Numbered from the stretch's first letter, positions 1 through 8,621 are shown. The stretch: DNA of 32,000 nt from Pseudomonas aeruginosa (GCF_001457615.1 NZ_LN831024.1:5880001-5912000), one strand, 5' to 3'. The notes: generated by a model not told the origin, from the letters alone. Translations and numbers: made by a program.

Positions 1-177
1 GTGCTCGGCATCGAGCATGGCCACCACCATCACCGCACCGTAGCCCTGGCCCTTGCCGACCAGACGCTCGTAGGTGCGCTCGACGCCATTGCTGAAGCGC
101 AGTTGCAACTCCTCGACAGCGAACAGTCGGCTCTTCGCGACGATCTCGCTGGCGAGTACGGTGGGTTTCTGACGCAT
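1..177 (-). CDS. nudE: ADP compounds hydrolase NudE (Nudix), N-terminal part only; gene runs off the left edge
   Basis: Minus strand from ATG (cat at 175-177) reads MRQKPTVLASEIVAKSRLFAVEELQLRFSNGVERTYERLVGKGQGYGAVMVVAMLDAEH, typical of NudE N-termini; neighbour of a yrfG-like gene. Confidence 0.85.
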   Translation of the reverse strand, partial: MRQKPTVLASEIVAKSRLFAVEELQLRFSNGVERTYERLVGKGQGYGAVMVVAMLDAEH

Positions 178-302
178 GTGGATAACTCCTTGGCGAAGCC
201 GGCGGGTTATCATACCCCGGCTTTTCCGATTATCCCTGTCGGAGATTGATGGGAAGCGACAGATTTCCGCATCGATCGCGACGAACCGCGACAAGAGCCG
301 CC

Positions 303-968
303 ATGCCCACCCTGCCCTGGTCCGCCATCGACACCGTGCTGCTCGACATGGACGGCACCCTGCTCGACCTGCACTTCGACAACCACTTCTGGCTGGAACA
401 CCTGCCCCAGCGCTATGCCGAACGCAACGGCCTGAGTCGCACCGAAGCCGACGCCGTGCTCGAGCCGCTGTTCCGCGAACACGCCGGCCAGCTCAACTGG
501 TACTGCCTGGATTTCTGGAGCCGGGAACTGGACCTGTCGATCCGCGAACTCAAGCACGAGGTGGCGCACCTGATCTCGCTGCGTCCGCACGCCGATACCT
601 TCCTCGCCGCCCTGCGCCGGGCCGGCAAGCGCGTGGCGCTGATCACCAACGCGCACCGCGACTCGCTGTCGCTGAAGCTGGAACGGATCGAACTGGCGCC
701 CTATTTCGACCGACTGATCAGCTCCCACGACTACGGCTACCCGAAGGAGGACGCGCGCTTCTGGAGCGCCCTGCAAGCCGATTTCGGCTTCGACCCGCAG
801 CGCAGCCTGTTCATCGACGACAGCCTGCCGATCCTGCGCAGCGCCCGCGCCTATGGTGTCGCCCACCTGTTGGCGGTACGCCACCCGGACAGCCGTGGCC
901 AGGTCCGGGACACCGAGGAGTTCGCCGCCCAGGAGGACTACCGGCGGCTGCTCGAAGGACTGCCGTAG
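303..968 (+). CDS. yrfG: HAD-superfamily GMP/IMP nucleotidase (YrfG-like)
   Basis: MPTLPWSAIDTVLLDMDGTLLDLHFDNHFW...; HAD motif I DMDGTLLD, late motif ITNAHR and DDSLPIL. ORF opens further upstream at 246, but ATG 303 fits the family. Confidence 0.85.
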   Translation: MPTLPWSAIDTVLLDMDGTLLDLHFDNHFWLEHLPQRYAERNGLSRTEADAVLEPLFREHAGQLNWYCLDFWSRELDLSIRELKHEVAHLISLRPHADTFLAALRRAGKRVALITNAHRDSLSLKLERIELAPYFDRLISSHDYGYPKEDARFWSALQADFGFDPQRSLFIDDSLPILRSARAYGVAHLLAVRHPDSRGQVRDTEEFAAQEDYRRLLEGLP

Positions 969-1019
969 CCGCGGAAACGAAAACCCCGCCACGCGGGCGG
1001 GGTTGGCGAAACGCCGGGA

Positions 1020-1457
1020 TCACTCGGGAATGCGCAGGACCTGGCCGGGGTAGATCTTGTCCGGATGGCTGAGCATCGGCTTGTTGGCCTCGAAGATCTT
1101 CATGTAGGCGTTGGCATTGCCGTATTCGGCCTTGGCGATGGCGCTCAGGGTGTCGCCTTTCTTCACGGTGACGAAGCGCGCCTCCGGAGCGGCCTGGGCC
1201 ACGGTGATCTTGTCTTCCACCGAGGAGACGCCGGCGACGTTGCCCAGCGCCAGCAGGATCTTCTCTTTCTCCTCCTGGCTGGCCACCTCGCCCGAGGCGA
1301 TGACCTTGTCGCCTTCCACCGAAACCTGGATGTTCGGGTTGCCCAGGCCGACCTTGGCGACGTGCTCCTTCAGCGACTCGGCCGCCTGTGCCTCATGCCC
1401 CGTCAGCGTATCCCACAGCTTTTCACCGGCTTCCTTCACGAACGCGAAAATACCCAT
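1020..1457 (-). CDS. BON + LysM domain protein (YgaU/Kbp-like)
   Basis: MGIFAFVKEAGEKLWDTLTG...BON-like middle (VSVEGDKVIASGEVASQEEKEKI) and C-terminal LysM (FVTVKKGDTLSAIAKAEYGNANAYMKIFEANKPML...DKIYPGQVLRIPE). Confidence 0.9.
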   Translation of the reverse strand: MGIFAFVKEAGEKLWDTLTGHEAQAAESLKEHVAKVGLGNPNIQVSVEGDKVIASGEVASQEEKEKILLALGNVAGVSSVEDKITVAQAAPEARFVTVKKGDTLSAIAKAEYGNANAYMKIFEANKPMLSHPDKIYPGQVLRIPE

Positions 1458-1630
1458 CTTTGGTTCTCCCTTTACGGTTACGGTTGCAAGCGGCCGGCGC
1501 AATCCCGATCCGCGACTAGCCAAGTCTAGACTGCAAAAACCGGCGAAATATCCCCAGGCTCCTTCGTCACCCCATAACACTGCGCCCATTCGCGTTAAGA
1601 TTCGGCGACACCCCCGCCACGGAAGCGCCG

Positions 1631-2512
1631 ATGGACATCAAGCAACTGAAATTCCTCTGCGCCCTCGACGAAACCCGCCACTTCGGCCAGGCCGCCGCGC
1701 GCTGCCACGTCACCCAGCCGACCCTGTCCATGCGCCTGCGCAGCCTGGAGGAAGAACTCGGCCTGGAACTGGTGCGACGCAGCCAGCGCTTCGAAGGCTT
1801 CACCGAGGCCGGCGAGCGCGTACTGGCCTGGGCACGCAGCCTGCTGGCGGCCCAGGAAGGGCTGTACGCGGAAGCCGCCGCCTGCCGCGGGCAACTGGTC
1901 GGGACCCTGCGCCTGGGCGTGGTGCCGCTGGCCAGCTTCGACCCGATGCGCCTGGTCCAGCACATGGCCGGGCGCCACCCGGAGTTGCGTTTCCAGCTCT
2001 ATTCCCTGAGTTCGGAACAGGTACTCGAAGGCCTGGCGCGCAACCAGTTCGATCTCGGCGTCTCTTATCTGGACCGTCTGGACCGCAGCCATTTCGAGGG
2101 CATCGAACTGGCGGAGACCCGCATGGGCCTGCTCCATCACCCCAGCCATTTCCCGCTCGACGCCGCGCTGCTGAACTGGGAAGCGCTGGCTGGCCTGCCG
2201 CTAGGCCTGCTCTCGGCGGGCATGCACTTCCGCCAATCCATCGACCACAACTTCCGCAGCCGCGGGTTGAGCCCCATCGCGCGCCTGGAAACCGACTCGG
2301 TACAGCAACTGCTGCAGGCGGTGCAGCGCGGCTTGTGCTGCGCGATCATGCCGCTGGGCAGCGAAGTCGACGGCGAGTTGCGCCTGATCCCCATCGAGGA
2401 CGCCCATACCCTGGCAGCGCTCGGTCTGATCATCCGCAGCGGACAGCCGCGCTCGGCGCTGGCCGAAGCCTGTTTCGAGGAAGCCCGGAACTGGTTGGCG
2501 CCGCAGTCTTGA
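1631..2512 (+). CDS. LysR-family transcriptional regulator (OxyR-like)
   Basis: N-terminal wHTH MDIKQLKFLCALDETRHFGQAAARCHVTQPTLSMRLRSLEEELGLELVRR, then substrate-binding domain. Confidence 0.9.
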   Translation: MDIKQLKFLCALDETRHFGQAAARCHVTQPTLSMRLRSLEEELGLELVRRSQRFEGFTEAGERVLAWARSLLAAQEGLYAEAAACRGQLVGTLRLGVVPLASFDPMRLVQHMAGRHPELRFQLYSLSSEQVLEGLARNQFDLGVSYLDRLDRSHFEGIELAETRMGLLHHPSHFPLDAALLNWEALAGLPLGLLSAGMHFRQSIDHNFRSRGLSPIARLETDSVQQLLQAVQRGLCCAIMPLGSEVDGELRLIPIEDAHTLAALGLIIRSGQPRSALAEACFEEARNWLAPQS

Positions 2513-2608
2513 TAGATCACGTCGATCAGCGCATCGGCACAACCGATTAGACGCTGCCCCGCGTCAGGCCTAGGCTGGTGCCACACCTAGAACGATAGGG
2601 CCCAGCCC

Positions 2609-3448
2609 ATGCCTTGCCAGCCTGCATGCCCGGTATCCGCGGATACCTGGGCGCCTTCCGCCGTTCCCGACGATTACCGCTACGCCGACCTGCACCTGCC
2701 GCAGCAGGTCGGCCAGGCCTCCCTTGCCGCCGAGTGTGCCGTGGCGATCAGCTACAACGGACTGAACCAGGCGGTGATGATGGCCTCGCCCGAGGACATC
2801 GAGGATTTCGTCCGCGGTTTCAGCCTCAGCAGCGGCTTCGTGGAGTCCATCGACGACATCTATGAAATCCGCGTCAGCGGCCAAGGCGAATCCCTCCACG
2901 CCGAGGTCGAAATCAGCAGCCGCGCGTTCTGGAACCTCAAGCGCCAACGCCGGCAACTGGCCGGCACTTCCGGATGCGGCCTGTGCGGCGTCGAAGCCCT
3001 GGAGCAGGCCCTGCCGCAACTGCCGGAACGGTCGCCGCAGGCGCTGCCTCCCGCCGCCCATCTCGGCGCCCTGCGCCAGCGTATCGAGCAGGCCCAGCGA
3101 CTGGCGCGCCATAGCGGCGCCCTGCATGCCGCGCTGTATTTCGACGGGCATGGCGAGCTGCGCCTGTGTCGCGAGGACATCGGCCGCCACAACGCCCTCG
3201 ACAAGCTGATCGGCGCCCTGCACCGCCAAGGCCTCGACGCCGCGCGCGGTTTCGCCGTGGTCACCAGCCGCTGCAGCCTGGAGCTTATCCACAAGGCCGT
3301 ACGTGCTGGGATCGGCACCCTGGTCAGCCTCTCCGCACCCACCGCCCTGACCGTGCAATGGGCGCGCCGCCACCAACTGAACCTGATCCACCAGCCCCAT
3401 CACAACGCCCCGCGGGTCTACAGCCCGGCGCCGGCCGCAACCGAGTGA
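2609..3448 (+). CDS. fdhD: FdhD-family sulfurtransferase / formate dehydrogenase accessory protein
   Basis: AVAISYNGLNQAVMMASPEDIEDFVRGFSLSSG and SGCGLCGVEAL (CxxC) with DIGRHNALDKLIG, FdhD hallmarks. Confidence 0.9.
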   Translation: MPCQPACPVSADTWAPSAVPDDYRYADLHLPQQVGQASLAAECAVAISYNGLNQAVMMASPEDIEDFVRGFSLSSGFVESIDDIYEIRVSGQGESLHAEVEISSRAFWNLKRQRRQLAGTSGCGLCGVEALEQALPQLPERSPQALPPAAHLGALRQRIEQAQRLARHSGALHAALYFDGHGELRLCREDIGRHNALDKLIGALHRQGLDAARGFAVVTSRCSLELIHKAVRAGIGTLVSLSAPTALTVQWARRHQLNLIHQPHHNAPRVYSPAPAATE

Positions 3449-3455
3449 GTCCGCC

Positions 3456-5777
3456 ATGAGCCTGCAACCTCTCCAACCCCGCTACAAGCCCTATGCCGGC
3501 GCCGCCGCCGGCTGGGGCGCGCTGCGCAGCGTGGCGCACTTCTGGCTGGACAGCAAACAGCCGTTCAAGAACCTCCGCGCCCTGCTCAAGACCAACCAGA
3601 ACGGCGGTTTCGACTGCCCCGGCTGCGCCTGGGGCGACTCGCCGGAAGACGGCCGGGTGAAGTTCTGCGAGAACGGTGCCAAGGCAGTCAACTGGGAAGC
3701 CACCAAGCGCCGCGTCGACGCGGCGTTCTTCGCCCGCTACAGCGTCAGCGCCCTGCGCGAACAGAGCGACTACTGGCTGGAATACCAAGGCCGCCTCACC
3801 GGACCGATGCGCTACGACCCGCTCAGCGACCACTACCAGCCGATCACCTGGGACGCCGCCTTCGCCCTGGTCGCCGAGCACCTGCGACGCCTGGATAGCC
3901 CCGACCAGGCGGAGTTCTATACCTCCGGGCGGGCCAGCAACGAGGCGGCCTACCTCTACCAGTTGTTCGTCCGCGCGTTCGGCACAAACAACTTCCCCGA
4001 CTGCTCGAACATGTGCCACGAAGCCAGCGGCGTGGCACTGGGCCGCAGCGTCGGGGTCGGCAAGGGCAGCGTGACCTTCGACGACTTCGAACACGCCGAC
4101 GCGATCTTCATCCTTGGGCAGAACCCCGGCACCAACCACCCGCGCATGCTCGAGCCGCTGCGCGAGGCAGTGAAGCGCGGTGCCCAGGTGGTCTGCTTCA
4201 ACCCTCTCAAGGAGCGCGGCCTGGAGCGCTTCCAGCATCCGCAGAACGCGCTGGAAATGCTGACCAACGGGTCCTCGCCGCTGAACACCGCGTTCTTCCG
4301 TCCGGCACTGGGCGGCGACATGGCGGCGATCCGCGGGATCGCCAAGTTCCTCCTCGCCTGGGAGCGCGAAGCCCAGGCCGAGGGTAGCGAGCCGGTATTC
4401 GACCACGCCTTCATCGCCGAGCACACCGACGGCCTCGAGGCCTACCTGGCCGAACTGGATGCCACCCCCTGGGAACACCTGGAGCGCCAGTCCGGGCTGG
4501 GCCTGGCGGAAATCGAGCAGGCTGCGCGGATGTACCGGCGGGCGAACAGGGTCATCGTCTGCTGGGCGATGGGCATCACCCAGCACCACCATTCGGTGGC
4601 GATCATCCAGGAAATCGTCAACCTGCAACTCCTGCGCGGCAACCTGGGCCGCCCGGGCGCCGGTCTCTGCCCGGTCCGCGGCCACAGCAACGTTCAGGGC
4701 GACCGCACCATGGGCATCAACGAGCGGCCGCCGGCGGCGCTGCTCGACGCACTGGAACGGCGCTTCGGCTTCGAAGTGCCACGCCACAACGGGCACAACG
4801 CCGTCGAGGCGATCGCCGCGATGCTCGCCGGCAAGTCGAAGGTCTTCATCGGCCTGGGCGGCAATTTCGCCCAGGCCACCCCGGACAGTCCGCGCACCCA
4901 CGCCGCCCTGGCGTCATGCGACCTGACCGTGCACATCAGCACCAAGCTCAACCGCAGCCACCTGACCACCGGCCGCGACGCACTGATCCTGCCCTGCCTG
5001 GGGCGCACCGACATCGACCGCCAGGCCGAAGGCCCGCAGGCGGTCACGGTGGAAGACTCGTTCAGCATGATCCACGCATCCTACGGGCAACTGGAGCCGC
5101 TCTCGCAGCAGATGCGTTCGGAGCCGGCGATCATCGCCGGCATCGCCAAGGCAACCCTGGGCAACCATCCGGTGGACTGGGACGCGCTGATCGCCAACTA
5201 CGAGCGCATCCGCGAGCTGATCGCCGACACCATCCCCGGTTTCGCCGACTTCAACCGCCGCGTCCGCCATCCCGGTGGCTTCTACCTCGGCAACTCCGCC
5301 GGCGAACGACGCTGGAACACCGCCAGCGGCAAGGCCAACTTCGTCGCCAACCCGCTGCCCCGCGACCTGTTGCCGGCACAGGTGCGCGACAGCGGCCTCG
5401 AACCCGACCTGATCCTGCAGACCCTGCGCTCCCATGACCAGTACAACACCACCATCTACGGCCTGGACGATCGCTATCGCGGAGTGAAGGGCCAGCGCGA
5501 AGTGGTATTCGCCAACGAGGCGGATATCCGCCGCCTGGGCTACCAGCCGGGCGACAAGGTCGACCTGGTCTCGCTGTGGAGCGATGGCATCGAACGCCGG
5601 GTACGCCGCTTCACCCTGCTCGCCTTCGACATCCCGGCCGGCCAGGCAGCCGCCTACTACCCGGAAACCAATCCCCTGGTGCCGCTGGAGAGCGTCGGCG
5701 TCGGCAGCCATACGCCGACTTCGAAGTTCATCGCGGTACGCCTGGAAAAGGCCACGGGCGACGGGCGCATTATCTGA
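3456..5777 (+). CDS. ydeP: FdhF/YdeP-family molybdopterin oxidoreductase
   Basis: 773 aa; GGFDCPGCAWGDSPEDGRVKFCENGAKAVNWE, SGRASNEAAYLYQLFVRAFGTNNFPDCSNMCHEASGVAL, HLTTGRDALILPCLGR; starts 8 nt after the fdhD stop. Confidence 0.9.
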   Translation: MSLQPLQPRYKPYAGAAAGWGALRSVAHFWLDSKQPFKNLRALLKTNQNGGFDCPGCAWGDSPEDGRVKFCENGAKAVNWEATKRRVDAAFFARYSVSALREQSDYWLEYQGRLTGPMRYDPLSDHYQPITWDAAFALVAEHLRRLDSPDQAEFYTSGRASNEAAYLYQLFVRAFGTNNFPDCSNMCHEASGVALGRSVGVGKGSVTFDDFEHADAIFILGQNPGTNHPRMLEPLREAVKRGAQVVCFNPLKERGLERFQHPQNALEMLTNGSSPLNTAFFRPALGGDMAAIRGIAKFLLAWEREAQAEGSEPVFDHAFIAEHTDGLEAYLAELDATPWEHLERQSGLGLAEIEQAARMYRRANRVIVCWAMGITQHHHSVAIIQEIVNLQLLRGNLGRPGAGLCPVRGHSNVQGDRTMGINERPPAALLDALERRFGFEVPRHNGHNAVEAIAAMLAGKSKVFIGLGGNFAQATPDSPRTHAALASCDLTVHISTKLNRSHLTTGRDALILPCLGRTDIDRQAEGPQAVTVEDSFSMIHASYGQLEPLSQQMRSEPAIIAGIAKATLGNHPVDWDALIANYERIRELIADTIPGFADFNRRVRHPGGFYLGNSAGERRWNTASGKANFVANPLPRDLLPAQVRDSGLEPDLILQTLRSHDQYNTTIYGLDDRYRGVKGQREVVFANEADIRRLGYQPGDKVDLVSLWSDGIERRVRRFTLLAFDIPAGQAAAYYPETNPLVPLESVGVGSHTPTSKFIAVRLEKATGDGRII

Positions 5778-5784
5778 AGCCCAT

Positions 5785-5820
5785 GAAAAACGCCGCCTCC
5801 TGCAACAGGAGGCGGCGTCT
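5785..5820. terminator. Strong GC-rich hairpin, terminator-like
   Basis: CGCCGCCTCCTG-CAA-CAGGAGGCGGCG, a perfect 12-bp stem, 5791-5817, just after the ydeP-like stop. AAAAA on the left gives a U-run only for minus-strand transcription. Confidence 0.6.
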
Positions 5821-6086
5821 TAAGGAAAAAGTCGATGAAAGGCCTTGAAGGCAGGCCGCTCGTCGGCGTTAGAATGGCCAGCATCCCGCCAGCAAAAATA
5901 CCGATTTCGCCCCTGAAATCGCGCTTCACATTCGGTCTACGACCGCCTCTACTTAAGAAAGTTCCCCATACAAAACAAGTACTTGGAATATTTCGAATTT
6001 GCTCTACCAATCGTCGGCTGGCGCTTGTCAGCGGTTTGGGCCAACCCCAGCATCGCAGCCGTCATCCCCACAGAGAGAAACTCTCT

Positions 6087-6602
6087 ATGAAGTATTCCTC
6101 GATACTCCTGTTGTCCCTGAGTCTGGTCGGTAGTACCGCTTTCGCAGGCGACGACACCCGCGCGGCCATCGGCGGCGCCTTGGGCGGGGTGTTGGGTTCG
6201 GTCGTCGGCGATGCGGTCGGCGGCAGCACTGGCGCCGCGATCGGTAGTGGCATCGGTGGCGCTGCGGGCGGTGCAGTCGGCGCCGGACGCGGCAACAAGA
6301 CCGAAGCGGCGATCGGCGGCGGCCTCGGTGCCGCAGGCGGCAACGTCATCGGCCGGCAGATCGGTGGCAGCACCGGTGGCCTGATCGGCGCGGCCCTCGG
6401 CGGCGCCGGCGGCGGCGCGCTGGGCAACCATTATGGCGACGGCAACCGCCGCTACGACGACGATGACGACTACCGCGACCGTCGCTACTACCGCCGCGCC
6501 GGCTATCGCGATGGCTATTACCGGCATGACAACGGCCATCACTATGGCCAGTACAAGAAGTGGAAGCGCCACAAGCATCATCGTCGCTACTACGACGACT
6601 GA
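6087..6602 (+). CDS. Secreted glycine-zipper 2TM-like protein with Arg/His/Tyr-rich C-terminus
   Basis: Signal peptide MKYSSILLLSLSLVGSTAFA; repeated GG(A)xGG...IGGSTGxxIG units; tail DDDDYRDRRYYRRAGYRDGYYRHDNGHHYG. Confidence 0.85.
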   Translation: MKYSSILLLSLSLVGSTAFAGDDTRAAIGGALGGVLGSVVGDAVGGSTGAAIGSGIGGAAGGAVGAGRGNKTEAAIGGGLGAAGGNVIGRQIGGSTGGLIGAALGGAGGGALGNHYGDGNRRYDDDDDYRDRRYYRRAGYRDGYYRHDNGHHYGQYKKWKRHKHHRRYYDD

Positions 6603-6623
6603 ACCCGCCGCTCCCTACGAGGC

Positions 6624-6651
6624 AAAGGCCGGGCCGGATGGTCCGGCCTTT
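6624..6651 (+). terminator. Hairpin terminator candidate after the first glycine-zipper gene
   Basis: AAAGGCCGGGCC-GGAT-GGTCCGGCCTTT; 12-bp stem with one G-T pair. Confidence 0.6.
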
Positions 6652-6700
6652 GTGCGAACGACCGTATTTCCCTCCCGATTGAAACGATGAGGCACGCACG

Positions 6701-7108
6701 ATGCGTAAATCTCTCCTGGTAATCGCGTTCGGCCTGCTGAGCGCACAAGCCGCGCTCGCCGGCGATTCCACCAAGACCGCGGTGGGCGGCGGCGTAGGCG
6801 GTGCCCTGGGCAACGTCGTGGGCGGCGCCATCGGCGGTAGCACCGGTGCGGCCATAGGCGCCGGCCTGGGTGGCGCGGCCGGCGGCGCGATGACCGCCAA
6901 GGACGGGCGCAAGACCGAAGCCGCCCTGGGTGGCGGGCTAGGCGCGGCCGGCGGTTCGGTGATCGGCAACAAGCTGGGCGGCAGCACCGGCGCGACCATA
7001 GGTGCAGGCCTCGGCGGCGCAGCGGGTGGCGCGGTCGGTAACAACCTGGGCAAGGACAACGACAGCGGTCACCGCGGCAAGAAACACCGCAAGCACAAGC
7101 ATCGTTGA
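6701..7108 (+). CDS. Secreted glycine-zipper 2TM-like protein, tandem paralog of the preceding gene
   Basis: Signal peptide MRKSLLVIAFGLLSAQAALA; GGGVGGALGNVVGGAIGGSTGAAIGAGLGGAAGG... with basic tail HRGKKHRKHKHR. Confidence 0.85.
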   Translation: MRKSLLVIAFGLLSAQAALAGDSTKTAVGGGVGGALGNVVGGAIGGSTGAAIGAGLGGAAGGAMTAKDGRKTEAALGGGLGAAGGSVIGNKLGGSTGATIGAGLGGAAGGAVGNNLGKDNDSGHRGKKHRKHKHR

Positions 7109-7135
7109 TCGGCATGCTTGCCGAAGCTGATGTGT

Positions 7136-7162
7136 AAAAGCCCCGCGAACGCGGGGCTTTTA
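7136..7162. terminator. Bidirectional intrinsic terminator between convergent glycine-zipper gene and rsmN
   Basis: AAA-AGCCCCGC-GAAC-GCGGGGCT-TTTT; 8-bp stem, A-run and U-run on both sides. Confidence 0.85.
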
Positions 7163-7176
7163 CTTTCTACCGTTCG

Positions 7177-7392
7177 TCAGCCTTTCGGTGCCGTTTTCAA
7201 CTCGTCGCGAACGATCAGGACGCCACGCGGCGCCTCGATCCCGACCCGGGCCTGGTTGCCGATGATATCGGTGACCAGGATCCGGATGCCGCCTTCGCGC
7301 AACTGCCGAATCAGTTCCTCCGCCGGGTAGTCGGCCTTGAGGGACAGGGTGATGCCTTCGCCTTCTCGGCGGGAGAGTATCAGGAAACCCAT
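7177..7392 (-). CDS. rsmN: CsrA/RsmA-family post-transcriptional regulator RsmN (RsmF)
   Basis: 71 aa: MGFLILSRREGEGITLSLKADYPAEELIRQLREGGIRILVTDIIGNQARVGIEAPRGVLIVRDELKTAPKG. Has LSRREGE, QARVGIEAPRGVLIVRDEL core motifs; good SD (AAGGA) 8 nt upstream of ATG. Confidence 0.93.
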   Translation of the reverse strand: MGFLILSRREGEGITLSLKADYPAEELIRQLREGGIRILVTDIIGNQARVGIEAPRGVLIVRDELKTAPKG

Positions 7393-7398
7393 GTTCCG

Positions 7399-7406
7399 CG
7401 TCCTTG
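7399..7406 (-). promoter_or_regulatory. Candidate RsmA/RsmN binding motif overlapping the rsmN Shine-Dalgarno
   Basis: Minus strand 5'-CAAGGACG-3' matches the CANGGAYG-type consensus; the same GGA is the SD of the rsmN ATG at 7392. Confidence 0.55.
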
Positions 7407-7616
7407 CCAGTCATAGCAGGGGCAAACCGGCCCCTTTGGTGAATGAAATGGTGTGGAGGGATGGTCACAGAACATTGCTCCAGCGTCGAGACTGCAAACG
7501 TTCAATCAGAAATGTCCCATCCAGCGCTTCCTGTTCGCCTCACGCCATGTCATGGATTGTCGCACCGGGCTCGCTTTGCTAGCGTGCCGGACATCAATTC
7601 CATCCGAGATTTCCAG

Positions 7617-8174
7617 ATGCGCCCGTCGTTCGCCAGTTGGGGCCTGCTTGCCCTCCTGCTCCTGCAAGGCCCGTTGCTCCAGGCCCAGCCGCTGTCACCG
7701 GCTCTCCAGCAACTGTTGAGCCTGAGCAGCCAGCGTTTGCAACTAGCCGATCAGGTAGCCCAGAGCAAGGCCCAGTCGGGCAAGGCGGTACAGGACAGCC
7801 CGCGGGAAGAACAACAGTTGCAGATGCTCGCCGGACAAGCCGGGAGCCACGGGGTCGGCGCCGAGCAGGTGCGCCTGCTGTTCGCCGCGCAGATCGAGGC
7901 GAACAAGCTGGTCCAGTACCGCCTGCTCAGCCGGCCGCTACCGGACGCTGGCCAGGCGGTCGACCTGGAGCGCATCCGCAGCCGCCTCAATCAGCTCAAC
8001 CTGGAGCTGCTGCGCGGCTACGCCCCGGCGCTCGCCGAACTGCGCGTCGACGACTGCCGGCCGAGGCTCAACCAGGCGCTGCAACGGCAGGTACGCGACG
8101 ATCGCCTGGACGAGCTGCATGCCATCGCCCTGTCACGGGCGGCGGGCGATCTCTGTCACTGGGCCGCGCTCTGA
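7617..8174 (+). CDS. Small secreted hypothetical protein, predicted helical
   Basis: [30 protein letters not shown]... signal-peptide-like start followed by Gln/Leu/Arg-rich sequence. Confidence 0.75.
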   Translation: MRPSFASWGLLALLLLQGPLLQAQPLSPALQQLLSLSSQRLQLADQVAQSKAQSGKAVQDSPREEQQLQMLAGQAGSHGVGAEQVRLLFAAQIEANKLVQYRLLSRPLPDAGQAVDLERIRSRLNQLNLELLRGYAPALAELRVDDCRPRLNQALQRQVRDDRLDELHAIALSRAAGDLCHWAAL

Positions 8175-8599
8175 AGCGCGGCCAGCGCATCGCGTAGTTC
8201 CTGCGGAATGGCCACCGGGCGGCTGCTTCGGCGCTCCACGAAGACATGCACGAAACGCCCGGCCGCGCAGGCCTCCCGCTGCCCTTCGAGGAACAAGGCC
8301 AGTTCGTACTGCACCGAGCTGTTGCCCAGGCGCGCCACCCGCAGGCCCATCTCGATCCGCTGGGGGAAGGCCACCGGCGCGAAATAGTCGCAGCTGGAAC
8401 TGACCACCAGGCCGATCACTTCGCCGCCCTGGATATCCAGGCCGCCGCGCTCGATCAGGTAGGTATTCACCGCCGTGTCGAAGAACGCATAGTAGGTCAC
8501 GTTGTTCACGTGTCCGTAGATGTCGTTGTCGTGCCAGCGCGTGGTGATCGGCTGGAAATGAAGGTACTGCTCGCGCAGCGGTCGCGGGGCGGTCGCCAT
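8156..8599 (-). CDS. Hotdog-fold acyl-CoA thioesterase (YbgC/4-hydroxybenzoyl-CoA thioesterase-like)
   Basis: [48 protein letters not shown]; active-site-like [13 protein letters not shown] motif; [21 protein letters not shown]. Confidence 0.88.
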   Translation of the reverse strand: MATAPRPLREQYLHFQPITTRWHDNDIYGHVNNVTYYAFFDTAVNTYLIERGGLDIQGGEVIGLVVSSSCDYFAPVAFPQRIEMGLRVARLGNSSVQYELALFLEGQREACAAGRFVHVFVERRSSRPVAIPQELRDALAALQSAAQ

Positions 8600-8621
8600 G
8601 CCCGGTCCTCGTAGAAGGGAT

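Noticed and set aside
1111-2550. 479-aa plus-strand ORF spanning the LysM gene and the LysR gene
   Set aside because: Crosses two genes in the wrong frame; Arg/Pro/Ala-rich shadow translation.
3324-4901. 525-aa minus-strand ORF over the ydeP-like gene
   Set aside because: Shadow ORF; composition rich in Gly/Ala/Val with no recognisable domain, opposite a strong coding gene.
5657-6010. 117-aa minus-strand ORF in the gap before the glycine-zipper genes
   Set aside because: Mostly the reverse complement of the ydeP 3' end and hairpin; no family similarity or convincing start signal.
6150-7070. Repetitive GGC-rich DNA as a possible CRISPR or satellite array
   Set aside because: Repeat pattern follows codons of glycine-zipper protein motifs; no fixed repeat and spacer lengths.
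6062-7115. Several minus-strand ORFs over the glycine-zipper genes
   Set aside because: Gly/Ala repeat DNA naturally stays open in other frames; the plus-strand frames have signal peptides and the reverse ones are Pro/Ala repeats.
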